Shown in pieces: positions 20,370-30,751 of a DNA stretch of 64,000 nucleotides. Made by a program: the position numbers and the translations under genes. The notes beneath the pieces are model-generated. The model ran no database searches and was not told the origin of the DNA. It saw only the letters and a program-made list of their open reading frames with translations. Position 1 is the stretch's first letter. Each line of letters opens with the position of its first letter. This stretch comes from Spongiibacteraceae bacterium UBA5047 (GTDB taxonomy: Bacteria; Pseudomonadota; Gammaproteobacteria; Pseudomonadales; Spongiibacteraceae), in contig DIBR01000014.1 in assembly GCA_002415025.1 (NCBI GenBank), positions 4,520 through 68,519 on the forward strand, given 5' to 3'.

Positions 20370-22760
20370 TCAGTAGTTGTAGATAAGGTCGAGACCATAA
20401 CTGCGCGGGTCACCCCATATCACCGACCGCGCAGCCTGCGGCAGATTATCTACAGCATTGATAACGTATTCGGTATCTTCCAGATTCTTTCCCCAGATCG
20501 CTGCGGTTAGGCTGCCACCGGCAAAGGGCATGTCGTACAAACCCAGGCGTGCATTAATCAAGTCGTAACCCTCAAGGAAGGTATTGCTGACCGAATCGGA
20601 TCGCACCGATCCCTTCTTGTCGCCCAGATAGTTGTAACTGACATTTAAACCCAGTCGCGCCCAGCTCCACTCCGCAAGCGTGTAGTCCATTGACGCGGTG
20701 CCCGAATGCATCGGCGCAGAGCTGAAAACAAAGTCTTCGGTTACATCAGCGCCGGTATCCGGGTCGGTCGCCTTCGTCACCGAGGCATCGAGATAGGCAT
20801 AGCTCAAACTCAGAATAAGGTTGCGCGAGGCCAGAAAGGTTAGATCAAGCTCTGCCCCCTTCATCTCTGCCTCACCGGCATTGACTACCTGGGTATCGGC
20901 TATTGAGCCGGCGATCAGAAAATTCAGTTGTACGTCTGTGTAGTCACTGAAAAACACATCGGCGTTCACCCGCAGCCTGCGGTCAAGAAATTCACTTTTC
21001 ATACCCAGCTCAAGCGACGCCACTTTCTCTTTGTCAAAACCGCGCTCAAAACGCGCCTGATCCGGGTCGCGGGTGTTAAACCCGCCACTTTTATACGCTT
21101 CAACGGATTTGACGTAGACATTCACATCGTCGTTTACATCGAATTCGGCAATCAATTCAAAAGAGTCGTCAGAAAAGTCCTGATCCGCCGAGGTGGCATA
21201 ACCATTTTCCGGCAGCGGTACTGGCGGCGTAGCCACCGAACCAGCCGGAGTTTCGGTGACAACCTCCAGAAGGTTAGCCGTACGAAACGCCTTACTTGCA
21301 AAACGCGAGTCTTCCGAATGACGCGCACCAAAGGTCAGATGGAGGCGGTCATCCAGCACTGCCGGCGTCCAGGTCAGGCGACCAAAGGCAGCAAGGGCTT
21401 CATTCTCGATATCAAAATCATTGCTCACCAGATTGATCAAGGTGGTATTCACAACTGTGCCGGGCAGCGGCTCCTGCTGTGACACGGGCGCGTGAAACTG
21501 GTGGCCAAAAGCACGTGTTTCGTCCGCTTCTTCATAGAAATAGTACAGGCCCGCCAGGTAATCCAAACGCGTATCCCACAAAGCGCCGCTGAACTGGAAT
21601 TCGTGCGAGAACTGCATTTGTTCCTGCTTCGGCGCGCCCACACCGAAACTCGTACTGCCGTCGCTGGTTGTGTAGTTGTTGCTGTCCAGGCGATAGTCCT
21701 CAGTGCCACCGCCACCCGAGAGATCGGTATAGGCAGAATCACTCAACTCGCGGTATGCACCAATGTATTTTATTTGCAAGGACTCGCTGTAATCCCAAAA
21801 CACGGTGAACGCGTGACCCTCGATCTCCACTTTGGACTCCAGTAGTGGCGCTGCGGTTGCCGCGCGTGACCAGCGTTTGTCACTGTGGGTAACGAGATCT
21901 TGCACCGAGTTCTGAATCTGGCCATTAATGCTGCCCTGCGGGTCGGTCAGGTCAAACGCATTGGGCTCCCGGCGAAATACCGGCTGGTAAGTGTGGTTGA
22001 AATATTCAATCTCGGAGTAGTCGTAGCTGTAGTCTGCTTGCAGGCGTTCGTTTACGTCCCAGGTGGCGTCAATACGCCAGCCTTCAACGGCACGGTCACC
22101 AAAGTCGCCGCCGGGGCCGGTATTCTCTACAAAGCCGTCTTTTTGCGTATTGAGGTAAGCCAACTTAACGGCGGCGCTGTCAGTCAGCGGAATATTCACA
22201 GACGTTTTCGAACTGAATAGGCCGAAATTACCGGCTTTGAAAGTTTGTTTAAGTTCAAATGCATCCGCTGTAGGCCGCTTGGTAATCAGGTTGATGGTGC
22301 CACCCGTTGAGTTGCGGCCGTACAAGGTTCCCTGCGGCCCGCGCAGCACCTCAATGCGCTGCAGGTCGGCCACATCAAGTGCGGTGCCGGTTGAGCGGGC
22401 AATAAAGGCGCCGTCGAGGTAGATGCCCACCGGTGCATCCTGAGTTACCTGGGCATCTATCAACCCGACGCCGCGAATGAAAATACGCAGGGTCGCGTTA
22501 TTGATCGGGAACGGCTCAATAGTCATGCTCGGCACACTGGAGCCGATGTCATTAAGGTTTGAAATACCGTCCTTTTCAAGCTGCTCTTCGCCAAACGCCG
22601 TGAGCGAAATAGGCGTCTCCTGAAGAGACTCCGCCTTTTTCTGGGCCGTCACCACCACCTCTTCAAGCGCGAGATTTTCTTTCCCGCCACCGCTTTCCTG
22701 GGCCACAAGTGAGCAACTGGCGGCGCAGGCGGCAACCAGAATCAATCGTTTGGGTTTCAC
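20370..22760 (-). CDS. TonB-dependent receptor
   Basis: LEEVVVTAQK, IEVLRGPQGTLYGRN, C-terminal YNY. Confidence 0.95.
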   Translation of the reverse strand: MKPKRLILVAACAASCSLVAQESGGGKENLALEEVVVTAQKKAESLQETPISLTAFGEEQLEKDGISNLNDIGSSVPSMTIEPFPINNATLRIFIRGVGLIDAQVTQDAPVGIYLDGAFIARSTGTALDVADLQRIEVLRGPQGTLYGRNSTGGTINLITKRPTADAFELKQTFKAGNFGLFSSKTSVNIPLTDSAAVKLAYLNTQKDGFVENTGPGGDFGDRAVEGWRIDATWDVNERLQADYSYDYSEIEYFNHTYQPVFRREPNAFDLTDPQGSINGQIQNSVQDLVTHSDKRWSRAATAAPLLESKVEIEGHAFTVFWDYSESLQIKYIGAYRELSDSAYTDLSGGGGTEDYRLDSNNYTTSDGSTSFGVGAPKQEQMQFSHEFQFSGALWDTRLDYLAGLYYFYEEADETRAFGHQFHAPVSQQEPLPGTVVNTTLINLVSNDFDIENEALAAFGRLTWTPAVLDDRLHLTFGARHSEDSRFASKAFRTANLLEVVTETPAGSVATPPVPLPENGYATSADQDFSDDSFELIAEFDVNDDVNVYVKSVEAYKSGGFNTRDPDQARFERGFDKEKVASLELGMKSEFLDRRLRVNADVFFSDYTDVQLNFLIAGSIADTQVVNAGEAEMKGAELDLTFLASRNLILSLSYAYLDASVTKATDPDTGADVTEDFVFSSAPMHSGTASMDYTLAEWSWARLGLNVSYNYLGDKKGSVRSDSVSNTFLEGYDLINARLGLYDMPFAGGSLTAAIWGKNLEDTEYVINAVDNLPQAARSVIWGDPRSYGLDLIYNY

Positions 22761-22807
22761 AAAACAACTCCGGTGAGGCGCGGAAGAACCCCGCGCTCGT
22801 CAACTAT

Positions 22808-24409
22808 TTACTGGGCTACAGGACTCAGCCTCACCCGTCCCCAAGGCGTGCCGTAGTGAACGCGCCCGTCTTCATCCAGCAAGGTTCCTGCGAACAAAAC
22901 GTTGTAGCGCTGTCCGCCAATCACGTAGTGAAAATCTGGCCTGCCGGTATCGAGGTCAATAGCTTCCAGGGTCCACTGATTATCGCGCGCGCCTATCAGG
23001 TAGATGCGGTTGGAGGCGTAACTGATAATGGGTACGCTGCTGGGCGAGCTGATCTCCTTGTTAACCCAGTCCATCTCCAGTTGTCGGCTGCTGGGGTTCC
23101 ATTCAAATTTCTGAACGCCGTACGGCTGGTAACGCGGGTTGCTGCCAAGAAAACTGATCAGCAGCGTTTGCGCGCGCTCGGGCAAATACCAGGGCACATT
23201 GCGAGGCTGATTATTGACCACAACGGCGCTGTAGCCTGCCACCACCACCGATTGTTCAGACTGAATGGCCTGCAAATCAGCATTGCCCATATTGGCCGGC
23301 ATGAGACCGGCGATACGGCGGCTGGGCGTGCCGTCAATCTGCTGCCAGTCAGCAGGAATGGCGTTGCGCCAGAACAGCGTGACGTTCATCAACTCGGCGC
23401 CGTCGGTGATCACCACAAACTGATCTTCCTCACCGAAGCCCATCAGGCTTGGCGTTGCGCCGGTACCGTGGCCCCATTCATTGTTGTAGGGCTCAGCCCA
23501 GGCACCATCGCTCTCTTGCGTGGACAGCTCGCGTCCGGTCCAGACCACTTTATGCATATGGGCCTGGGAGGCGATATAAATTCCCCCGTCTTTATCAATG
23601 GCAAAACCGTTACGTACCCAACCATAACCGGTGCTGCGAGTGGCCTTCTCCTGGGCTCCCTCGCTATAGCGCATTCGCGCCAAACGGTATTCCGAGAAAT
23701 CACGTTTCACCGTAACCACCCAGCCGTGCTCGGTAACCACCACCAGCCAGCCGTCGAATGTCATATTCATGCCAATCATCAAGCCGGTGGCTTCGGCGGG
23801 AAGTTTGAACTCGCGTTTTTTCTCAATGGGTGATGATTGATCGCCCGCAATTTTGTCGCCGTAGGCGCTGACAACCCCCTCCTTCGAACCGATGTAATAA
23901 ATATTGTCACGGTCTAGAACCGTGTATACCCCGGACAGGTCGCGCAGCTTTTTTGCCTCCCTGAAAGCGCGAGCGATGGCAAAAAAGCCGTCGTTGTTCT
24001 TATCAAAGTAGGCTATCGCGTCATCAGCCTGTGCTGCGCTGTACTTCACATCAGGGTCAAAAAAGTATTCATCCAGCACCTCAAAGTTCCGGTGATCCAG
24101 TTTGACAATGCGATCCAGCCCGTTACCCCAGAATACGCGCCGGCCGTCAGGGTATGGTGTGGATATCTGCGTGCCAAAATGGGCCGGGCCCACGTGCTGA
24201 TACTGGATTTCGCTGTCAGCCAGGACACGGCTCGGACCACTCGGGCCTGCAACGGCTACCGAATCTTGTTGCGCAGAATCACCGTGACCGAGTGCGTATA
24301 TGGAATCTGCCAGCCAGGGATTCTGGGGGGGCAGCACGGCCGCGCTGACGGCAGATACCTGCAGGGCCAGCACAGCAAAAACGCTCTGGAGCTTGCTTAT
24401 TGTTCTCAT
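22808..24409 (-). CDS. Uncharacterised exported protein, probably beta-propeller; paralog of 18724-20343
   Basis: Signal peptide; same conserved motifs as 18724-20343. Confidence 0.8.
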   Translation of the reverse strand: MRTISKLQSVFAVLALQVSAVSAAVLPPQNPWLADSIYALGHGDSAQQDSVAVAGPSGPSRVLADSEIQYQHVGPAHFGTQISTPYPDGRRVFWGNGLDRIVKLDHRNFEVLDEYFFDPDVKYSAAQADDAIAYFDKNNDGFFAIARAFREAKKLRDLSGVYTVLDRDNIYYIGSKEGVVSAYGDKIAGDQSSPIEKKREFKLPAEATGLMIGMNMTFDGWLVVVTEHGWVVTVKRDFSEYRLARMRYSEGAQEKATRSTGYGWVRNGFAIDKDGGIYIASQAHMHKVVWTGRELSTQESDGAWAEPYNNEWGHGTGATPSLMGFGEEDQFVVITDGAELMNVTLFWRNAIPADWQQIDGTPSRRIAGLMPANMGNADLQAIQSEQSVVVAGYSAVVVNNQPRNVPWYLPERAQTLLISFLGSNPRYQPYGVQKFEWNPSSRQLEMDWVNKEISSPSSVPIISYASNRIYLIGARDNQWTLEAIDLDTGRPDFHYVIGGQRYNVLFAGTLLDEDGRVHYGTPWGRVRLSPVAQ

Positions 24410-24580
24410 TAACGACTCCGGTTGTTGGCATTAAATTCCGGAGACCCGTGCATTGGCTGGCGTCCCTTCCTGCTATGACCAAGCCTCTGTCATAATTAAA
24501 ACAGGTGATTTATGATTCAATGTACGCCCAAAATGGGGCACAATCAACACTTCTGTATCATTTTAAACAAAGGTTAATCC

Positions 24581-25189
24581 ATGAGCCTGCAACAGGCGGA
24601 ACCGCTCGGCGGCAAACGCGCCAGAACACGGGAGCTTATTCTTGACGCTGCCATAGCCTGCTTCGAAGAGCTTGGCATTCGCCAGTGCAACATGGTCGAT
24701 ATTGCCGAGCGCGCCGGTATAGGGCGCAGCACGCTGTATCGCCACTTCCCGAAACTGGAGGATGTCATTGCTCAGGCGATCATTCGCGATATTGGCGAAC
24801 TGATCGTCTTGAACAGCGAGATGACCGCACGTTTTACCGAGATCGACGACATCATTGTTGAGAGTTTTGTTTTTATACTCCGCGAGTTGCCCAAGCGACC
24901 GGTGTTGAACTTGCTATTCAAGCAGGATCCAGAGCTGGTTCAACACCTCTCACTGGAAGATGAATCCTTTAACGAACTTGGGGCTGAGTTTTCAGCAAAG
25001 AGTTTTGCGCAGGCCCGGAAAGAGGGGCGCCTTCGCGAAGGTGTAACGCATGACGAATACGTTGAGTGGAGCACCCGGATTCTGATTTCGCTGGCCGGAA
25101 CTCCCTACCAATTCCACTCCGACAATAGTCGTATTCGCCTGTATTTGCAGCGCTTTTTGATACCGTCCCTTCTTACCGATAAGCGCTAG
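24581..25189 (+). CDS. TetR/AcrR family regulator
   Basis: ILDAA...F...G....DIAERAGIGRSTLYRHF; divergent from the 24409 operon. Confidence 0.93.
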   Translation: MSLQQAEPLGGKRARTRELILDAAIACFEELGIRQCNMVDIAERAGIGRSTLYRHFPKLEDVIAQAIIRDIGELIVLNSEMTARFTEIDDIIVESFVFILRELPKRPVLNLLFKQDPELVQHLSLEDESFNELGAEFSAKSFAQARKEGRLREGVTHDEYVEWSTRILISLAGTPYQFHSDNSRIRLYLQRFLIPSLLTDKR

Positions 25190-25201
25190 CTACCTTCATC
25201 G

Positions 25202-26821
25202 TTAGTCGGCCCGAGTCTGTTCCCGGCACATTCCGGCTAACCACGCTGTTGGCACACAGTTGTAAATCAAACGTCCGCCCGCGGGTCCGTGCATGCGATC
25301 AAGAAACTTGGCTCCTCTGGCCGGCGGCATACCGGGTGCCGGGGCCGCCTGCAGCTCGTCAACCGGCTGGGGATAGCCAGACCAGTCTTTCGGCGCGCGC
25401 CAGCCCGGCGGCGGCACCAGATTGGAGCGGGTGCCGGCATTGGGATACAGCGCGCGCCAGTCACGGATCTGATCGGCGAAAGCCTCAACGATGTCCGGGT
25501 GTTGCGTCGCCAGATTGTTGTACTCGTAGGGGTCGTGTTCGATATCGAAAAGATAGTTGCTCACGTCAGCCGATAGATGCCCCTGCTCAATACGCTGCAC
25601 CAGCTTCCACTTGTCATCGAAGGCAGTCACACTTACCGAGCCCTTGATGGGGGTTTCCGCAAGAAACATCAGCGGTTTGTTGCGCGCGGGCATGGGCGCT
25701 CCTGCGCTGATGCTCGGCCAGAGGTCTATACCATCCAACGGGTAGTGGGTTGTGGCCTCTATTCCCGCCGCACCGCTGAAGGTCGGCAAAATATCCATCA
25801 CGCTGGCGACACTCTCGTAGCGCGACCCGCCCTTCAATTTCGCCGGGTAGCGCATAACGGCCACCACGCGAATGCCGCCTTCAAAAGTATCACCCTTGCC
25901 GCCCCGGTAAGGCGCATTGGAAGCGCCGCCGCCGGCATAGGTTGCGCCGCCGTTATCACTGATAAACATCACCAGTGTATCGTCTGCCAATTGCTCGTCA
26001 TCCAGCGTTTTTAGCACTCGCCCGATGGCCTGATCCAGGGCGTCGACCACAGCCGCATACACCTGACGCGAATTGTCTCTGGGGTTGATGCGCTCAAGCA
26101 TACGGGTGCGATCAGCGTTTTTTGAGCGCGACTTGGGGCGGTCGTCTTTCAGGTCTGAGTATTTCTCAACCAGTTCGTCCGGTGCTTCCAGCGGTGTATG
26201 GGGTGCCAGAAACGGCATATAGAGAAAAAAGGGCTTTGCCGGATCACGAGCCTTGATCCAGCGTTCGGCCTCCGCGGCCATGAGAAAGGTTTCGTAGCCT
26301 TCATCGTCAATGGTTTCGCCGTTGCGCTGAAAATCCACACCGCCCTGGGCTTTAAAGGGAGACCAGTAACCCACCTCGGTATGCAGATGTCCGTAAAAGT
26401 GCTCGAAACCACGGGCGTTGGGGTGAAAAGTCTGCTGAGAATGTCCCAGGTGCCACTTGCCGATCATCGCCGTCTGGTAGCCATTGGCTTTGAACAATTC
26501 GGGCAGAAAAGTCTCATTGGGGTGAATGCCATTGTTCTGCCAGGGCATGATGGTGGCGTACGCCACACCGAGTCGCATGGGATCACGGCCGGTCATCAAG
26601 GCCGCCCGCGTCGGCGAACAGATGGGCGTGGTGTAAAACCTCGACAACTCAATACCTTCGTTGGCGAGTCTGTCCAGTGAAGGCGTATCGATCGGACTGC
26701 CGTGAAAGCCAACATCGGCCCAGCCGAGGTCGTCGGCCACAATCATGATGATATTGGGTGACGAAGCCACAGCCTTTAAAGGCAATATCCCCGCCAGCAG
26801 GAATGCTGTAATAACTCTCAT
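25202..26821 (-). CDS. Cys-type arylsulfatase (family S1), exported; paralog of 2280-3929
   Basis: CSPTRAALMTGRDPMRLGVAY identical to the first copy; GKWHLGH; signal peptide. Confidence 0.95.
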   Translation of the reverse strand: MRVITAFLLAGILPLKAVASSPNIIMIVADDLGWADVGFHGSPIDTPSLDRLANEGIELSRFYTTPICSPTRAALMTGRDPMRLGVAYATIMPWQNNGIHPNETFLPELFKANGYQTAMIGKWHLGHSQQTFHPNARGFEHFYGHLHTEVGYWSPFKAQGGVDFQRNGETIDDEGYETFLMAAEAERWIKARDPAKPFFLYMPFLAPHTPLEAPDELVEKYSDLKDDRPKSRSKNADRTRMLERINPRDNSRQVYAAVVDALDQAIGRVLKTLDDEQLADDTLVMFISDNGGATYAGGGASNAPYRGGKGDTFEGGIRVVAVMRYPAKLKGGSRYESVASVMDILPTFSGAAGIEATTHYPLDGIDLWPSISAGAPMPARNKPLMFLAETPIKGSVSVTAFDDKWKLVQRIEQGHLSADVSNYLFDIEHDPYEYNNLATQHPDIVEAFADQIRDWRALYPNAGTRSNLVPPPGWRAPKDWSGYPQPVDELQAAPAPGMPPARGAKFLDRMHGPAGGRLIYNCVPTAWLAGMCREQTRAD

Positions 26822-26832
26822 AATCGTCTGCC

Positions 26833-29160
26833 CTACCAGTCCAGTCGAATATCGACGCCATAGGAACGAGGCGCGCCCCAGTACACCGAGCGGTTGGCGT
26901 TGGGAAGTACCGCCAGGGTGGTGACTGCGTATTCCTCATCTGTCAGATTGCGCCCCCACACCGCAAGGTGCAGGCTGCTACGGCCAATCACAATATCATT
27001 GACACCGAGGCGCGCCGACCAGAGCGTGTAGCCTTCTATCGGGCCGGAGCGATCCAGGGCGCTTTGTTGGGCCGCACCTTTTTGCTCATCGACAAAGTTA
27101 AAACCGATAAAGCCCAGCAGGGTCGACCCACCATAAAAGTCACCGCGATAGCTAAGATTGCCGGTCAGTGTGTGTTCGGGAAGGTTGCCCAGCACGAAAT
27201 CATCCTTGCGGTCCTCACCCTCGACTATCGCCTCAGTAATGTCGCCTTTCAGATAGCCGTAGCTGAGCGTGGTGTGCAGCGACTGACTGAGCACGTAGCT
27301 GATATCAACCTCACCCCCTTGAATGGAGGCTTTACCGATATTTTCCACCCGCGTGTCTCCCGGGCCGGTGCTGCCGGCAAACTTGTAGCTGAGCTGAATA
27401 TCATCGTAGTCGGTGGTAAAAACGTTAGCGTTCAGGCGCAAGCGGCGGTTGAGCAATTCACTCTTGATGCCCAGCTCGTAGCTTTGTACGTTCTCCTGGT
27501 CGAAGCCCGCTTTAAAAAAATCGGGGTCGGGATCGCGCACGTTGAAGCCGCCGCCTTTATAGGCTTCACTGGATTTCAAATAAATATTTACATCGTCGCT
27601 TACATCAAAGGCCAATGTCAGGCTGAAGGAGTTGTCACTGAAGGAATTCTTCCCGGTGTCATCAAAACTCTGGCCCGGCTGCTGTCCGGGTGCCGGCGGC
27701 GGCAGCGGCGTAGTCAGCACCGCATTGTCAATGTAGGCAACGCTGCGCAAAAACTTGTGAGCCTTTTTCTCATCTTCGGAGCGTCTTGCACCAAAGGTAA
27801 TATGCAGTCGTTCAGACAGGGTCGACGGCGTCCAGGTTGCCTGCCCGAACAGCGCAAACGCAGTGTTCTCGATTTCAAAAAACGTTTCTGCGGTTGATAC
27901 CAGCCGCAAACCCAGAACCGGCGCCTGCAGCGGTGCGCTCAGCGCATGATGCTCCGGGCGATTATCCTCACTGCCCTCTTCACCAAGGTAGTAAAAACCG
28001 GCGATATAGCTGATCGCACTGCCGATATCGCCGAGCAACTGGAACTCCTGTGATATCTGCTCATGCTCAAGCAGGGGCAGCACCGCCGGCAGTTCTTCGC
28101 CACTGCCCTGAAAACGGTAACGGTTAGTATCCAGTCGGAAGTCCGTAGAGGGACTGTCACCGCCGAGATCGATGTAATTGCGGTTTTCCAGACGCCGGAC
28201 AGCCGTCAGCGAGCGAAATTCCGCAGTTTCAAGCTGCAGACTGTATATCGCACTGATGCCGGTTATCTCCGAATCGGAGGGCAGTAAGGCGACGGCGGTA
28301 CTCATGCTGTCTTGCCGGCTTTCACTGTAACGGGTGTTGGCGTTGGCGCCCTGGCGCACTTGGTCAGAGTTGCTGCCGTCATTGGTAGAGGGCCGAATCG
28401 CTTGCGGGGTGTAGTTGGCAAAGGATTGCTCGCTGCGCTCAAAACTCAACAACAAACTGCCGCGCTCAGACATATCCCATAGGGCGTCCATCCGAAAACC
28501 GCGGGCGTCCTCTTCCCCGAAGTTCTTGCCGGGACCGTCATTTTCAACATAGCCGTTGTGGGCCTTGTCGATATAGGCCAACTTAACGGCCAGCGCATCG
28601 CTCAACGGAAAATTCAGGGCCAGCTTGAGCGAGCTAAGTCCGTAGCTGCCGGCGCTGTATTTGGCGTAGCCAAAGCTTTCCGTCACCGAAGGCTTTTGTG
28701 TGATCATATTGATCGCCCCGCCCACGGTGTTGCGCCCGTACAGCGTTCCCTGCGGCCCGCGCAGCACTTCAATACGTTCCAGATCGGTTAGGTCGCTGGC
28801 CAGCCCGGTTGCACGCGCGATATAGATGCCGTTTTGGTAGACACCAACGGCGGGCTCCAGGGTAATCGTACTGTCGTTGGTGCCAATGCCCCGGATGTAT
28901 ATACGCAGCGTGGTTGAGCTGGTGGGGTGAGTGTCCATGCTCAGATTGGGTACTTTAGCCTGGAGGTCGTCAAGTCCATCAACGCCCTGATTTTCCAGTT
29001 GGTCGGGACCGAAGGCAGCCAGAGAAATGGGGGCGTCCTGCAGCGATTCTGCTTTCTTCTGCGCAGTAACAATCACCTCTTCCAGTTGTAATTCAGAGGC
29101 TTGCAATGTGAATACGCTTAAAGCCGTGCTCAACAGCAGAGCATGTTTAGTCTGGTTCAT
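26833..29160 (-). CDS. TonB-dependent receptor
   Basis: Start MNQTKH overlaps the upstream TAA (TAATG); LEEVIVTAQK; RIEVLRGPQGTLYGRN; C-terminal W. Confidence 0.95.
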   Translation of the reverse strand: MNQTKHALLLSTALSVFTLQASELQLEEVIVTAQKKAESLQDAPISLAAFGPDQLENQGVDGLDDLQAKVPNLSMDTHPTSSTTLRIYIRGIGTNDSTITLEPAVGVYQNGIYIARATGLASDLTDLERIEVLRGPQGTLYGRNTVGGAINMITQKPSVTESFGYAKYSAGSYGLSSLKLALNFPLSDALAVKLAYIDKAHNGYVENDGPGKNFGEEDARGFRMDALWDMSERGSLLLSFERSEQSFANYTPQAIRPSTNDGSNSDQVRQGANANTRYSESRQDSMSTAVALLPSDSEITGISAIYSLQLETAEFRSLTAVRRLENRNYIDLGGDSPSTDFRLDTNRYRFQGSGEELPAVLPLLEHEQISQEFQLLGDIGSAISYIAGFYYLGEEGSEDNRPEHHALSAPLQAPVLGLRLVSTAETFFEIENTAFALFGQATWTPSTLSERLHITFGARRSEDEKKAHKFLRSVAYIDNAVLTTPLPPPAPGQQPGQSFDDTGKNSFSDNSFSLTLAFDVSDDVNIYLKSSEAYKGGGFNVRDPDPDFFKAGFDQENVQSYELGIKSELLNRRLRLNANVFTTDYDDIQLSYKFAGSTGPGDTRVENIGKASIQGGEVDISYVLSQSLHTTLSYGYLKGDITEAIVEGEDRKDDFVLGNLPEHTLTGNLSYRGDFYGGSTLLGFIGFNFVDEQKGAAQQSALDRSGPIEGYTLWSARLGVNDIVIGRSSLHLAVWGRNLTDEEYAVTTLAVLPNANRSVYWGAPRSYGVDIRLDW

Positions 29161-30602
29161 TAGTGCTCTCCCGTCAGCGTCGCCAAGCGGGCTTTTGAAT
29201 CTCGTATGCGGGCACTCAACCAACCGGTTTCACTGTAATTGGCACCGTGCTCATAGGCCCGCGCCAACATGGCCTCAAGCACTTGTAACCGCAACCCCTC
29301 GGCGTCAACGTCAACTCCGCTGGATACCGCAATTTCAATATAGTGCAGGGCTTTCTCATAATCACCCGCCTCAAAGTGTCCACCCGCTTTCCGGATGAGC
29401 GGAGCTGCGCCACCGGCCAGCTCACGCAACTCGCTGTAGATAGCTGATACGGGAACAGGGTACAGCTCGGTAGTGGACTCAAAGCGAAACCAGGTGGCGT
29501 AGTACTCCCAAATGGATCGCACATTCCACGAGACTTTACCGTGAGCCTGAGTCAGCGCCAGCTCCTCGGGCAAGTGTATGTCTTTCATCAATTCCCAAAG
29601 GCTTTTACCGGCATTCATCCCCGCAAGAGTCTGGTCATGAATGTAACGCGTGGCATCAAGCGTTGCCTGAATTTTCTGACGAATATCGTCTGCCCCGACT
29701 ACCGGCTCAAAATGGGCCGGGATAATAACATCCGGCTCAAGCGCGAGAATTTTCTCCAGCGACTCCATATATTCAACAGGTGGGCGAAACTTCTCGCCGC
29801 GCAGCGTGAAGAGATTGGGCACCATCGGGAAGATCGGACCAAAAAAGTCTCCTGTGAAAAGAATTTTATGGTCGGGCAGCCAGACGCAAATATTATCCAG
29901 ACCTTCTGCACCCGGCGTGGAGATAACCTCAAAGCGCACTCCGCCCTGTGTAAACCGGTACGTTTCGTCTTGGCGGATAGTTCGGGTAGGCTTGATACCG
30001 CCGTAGGAAAACATGGCGCCATCTTTAGGGGGTTCTTCCGGCATAAAGGGGTACAACAAGCGGTTGCGATTCCAGAAATACGGCTCGAGCTCGTTGAGTG
30101 CCTCCTGCTTGCGCACGAATTCGCGGGCCGTCACAACTTCCGTGCCGGGCTCAAGCCAAAAGCGTGTGCCCCCACTGTGATCTGCGTGAGCGTGACTCAA
30201 AATTACGTGACTGGTACGACCCGGCGCAAGTTCCTGTAACAGCCGTTTTTGCTTGGCGCCCTGAATGGGCAGACCGGTATCAATAACAACGTTGCCATCG
30301 GCGGTGTGCACCAGGGAGGTGTTACCTACGCCGTAGGCAATGTAAACAAAATCATTAAAAGCCTTGGCCGCAACAGGAATCTGCTCCAACTCACCCGCAT
30401 TGCGCCCGGCAGAATTATTATTGCCTGCTGAATGCGCCGCTATTCGCTTGTGTGCAATGTCGCCCACAAATTCTGCCGTACGCTGCTCCAGCTTCCGGTC
30501 CAGCCCCGAGTGTTTAAAGATTGCGTACCCGGAAACGAGTACCAGCCAGACAAGCAGGCCACCGATCAGCCAGCGTTTTGCTCTCAGTTTTTCCCCGGCC
30601 AC
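29160..30602 (-). CDS. Alkyl/aryl sulfatase of the MBL fold (SdsA/BDS1-like) with N-terminal membrane anchor
   Basis: HAHADH metal motif, PNLFTLRG..R, dimerisation-domain motif HGKVSWNVRSIW..Y..WF. Confidence 0.85.
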   Translation of the reverse strand: MAGEKLRAKRWLIGGLLVWLVLVSGYAIFKHSGLDRKLEQRTAEFVGDIAHKRIAAHSAGNNNSAGRNAGELEQIPVAAKAFNDFVYIAYGVGNTSLVHTADGNVVIDTGLPIQGAKQKRLLQELAPGRTSHVILSHAHADHSGGTRFWLEPGTEVVTAREFVRKQEALNELEPYFWNRNRLLYPFMPEEPPKDGAMFSYGGIKPTRTIRQDETYRFTQGGVRFEVISTPGAEGLDNICVWLPDHKILFTGDFFGPIFPMVPNLFTLRGEKFRPPVEYMESLEKILALEPDVIIPAHFEPVVGADDIRQKIQATLDATRYIHDQTLAGMNAGKSLWELMKDIHLPEELALTQAHGKVSWNVRSIWEYYATWFRFESTTELYPVPVSAIYSELRELAGGAAPLIRKAGGHFEAGDYEKALHYIEIAVSSGVDVDAEGLRLQVLEAMLARAYEHGANYSETGWLSARIRDSKARLATLTGEH

Positions 30603-30751
30603 GTGAAGACTCCTGAAGTTATGATTGGAGCCTGTTATTTAACGCCGCAAAAGGCTGTCTGTCTCACTACCTTGTCGGCGGGTAGGCTGATACGAGACAG
30701 AAAAAGAAATTGAACTTATTCTTTTTATTTCAACAAGATAGAATTACCAAC

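Noticed and set aside
22709-23833. 374-aa plus-strand ORF (similarly 26968-27897, 56413-57219, 61926-62729)
   Set aside because: Antisense to well-supported genes; no recognisable domains.
24520-24565. Candidate TetR operator in the divergent promoter
   Set aside because: Only a weak imperfect palindrome, not convincingly repeated elsewhere.
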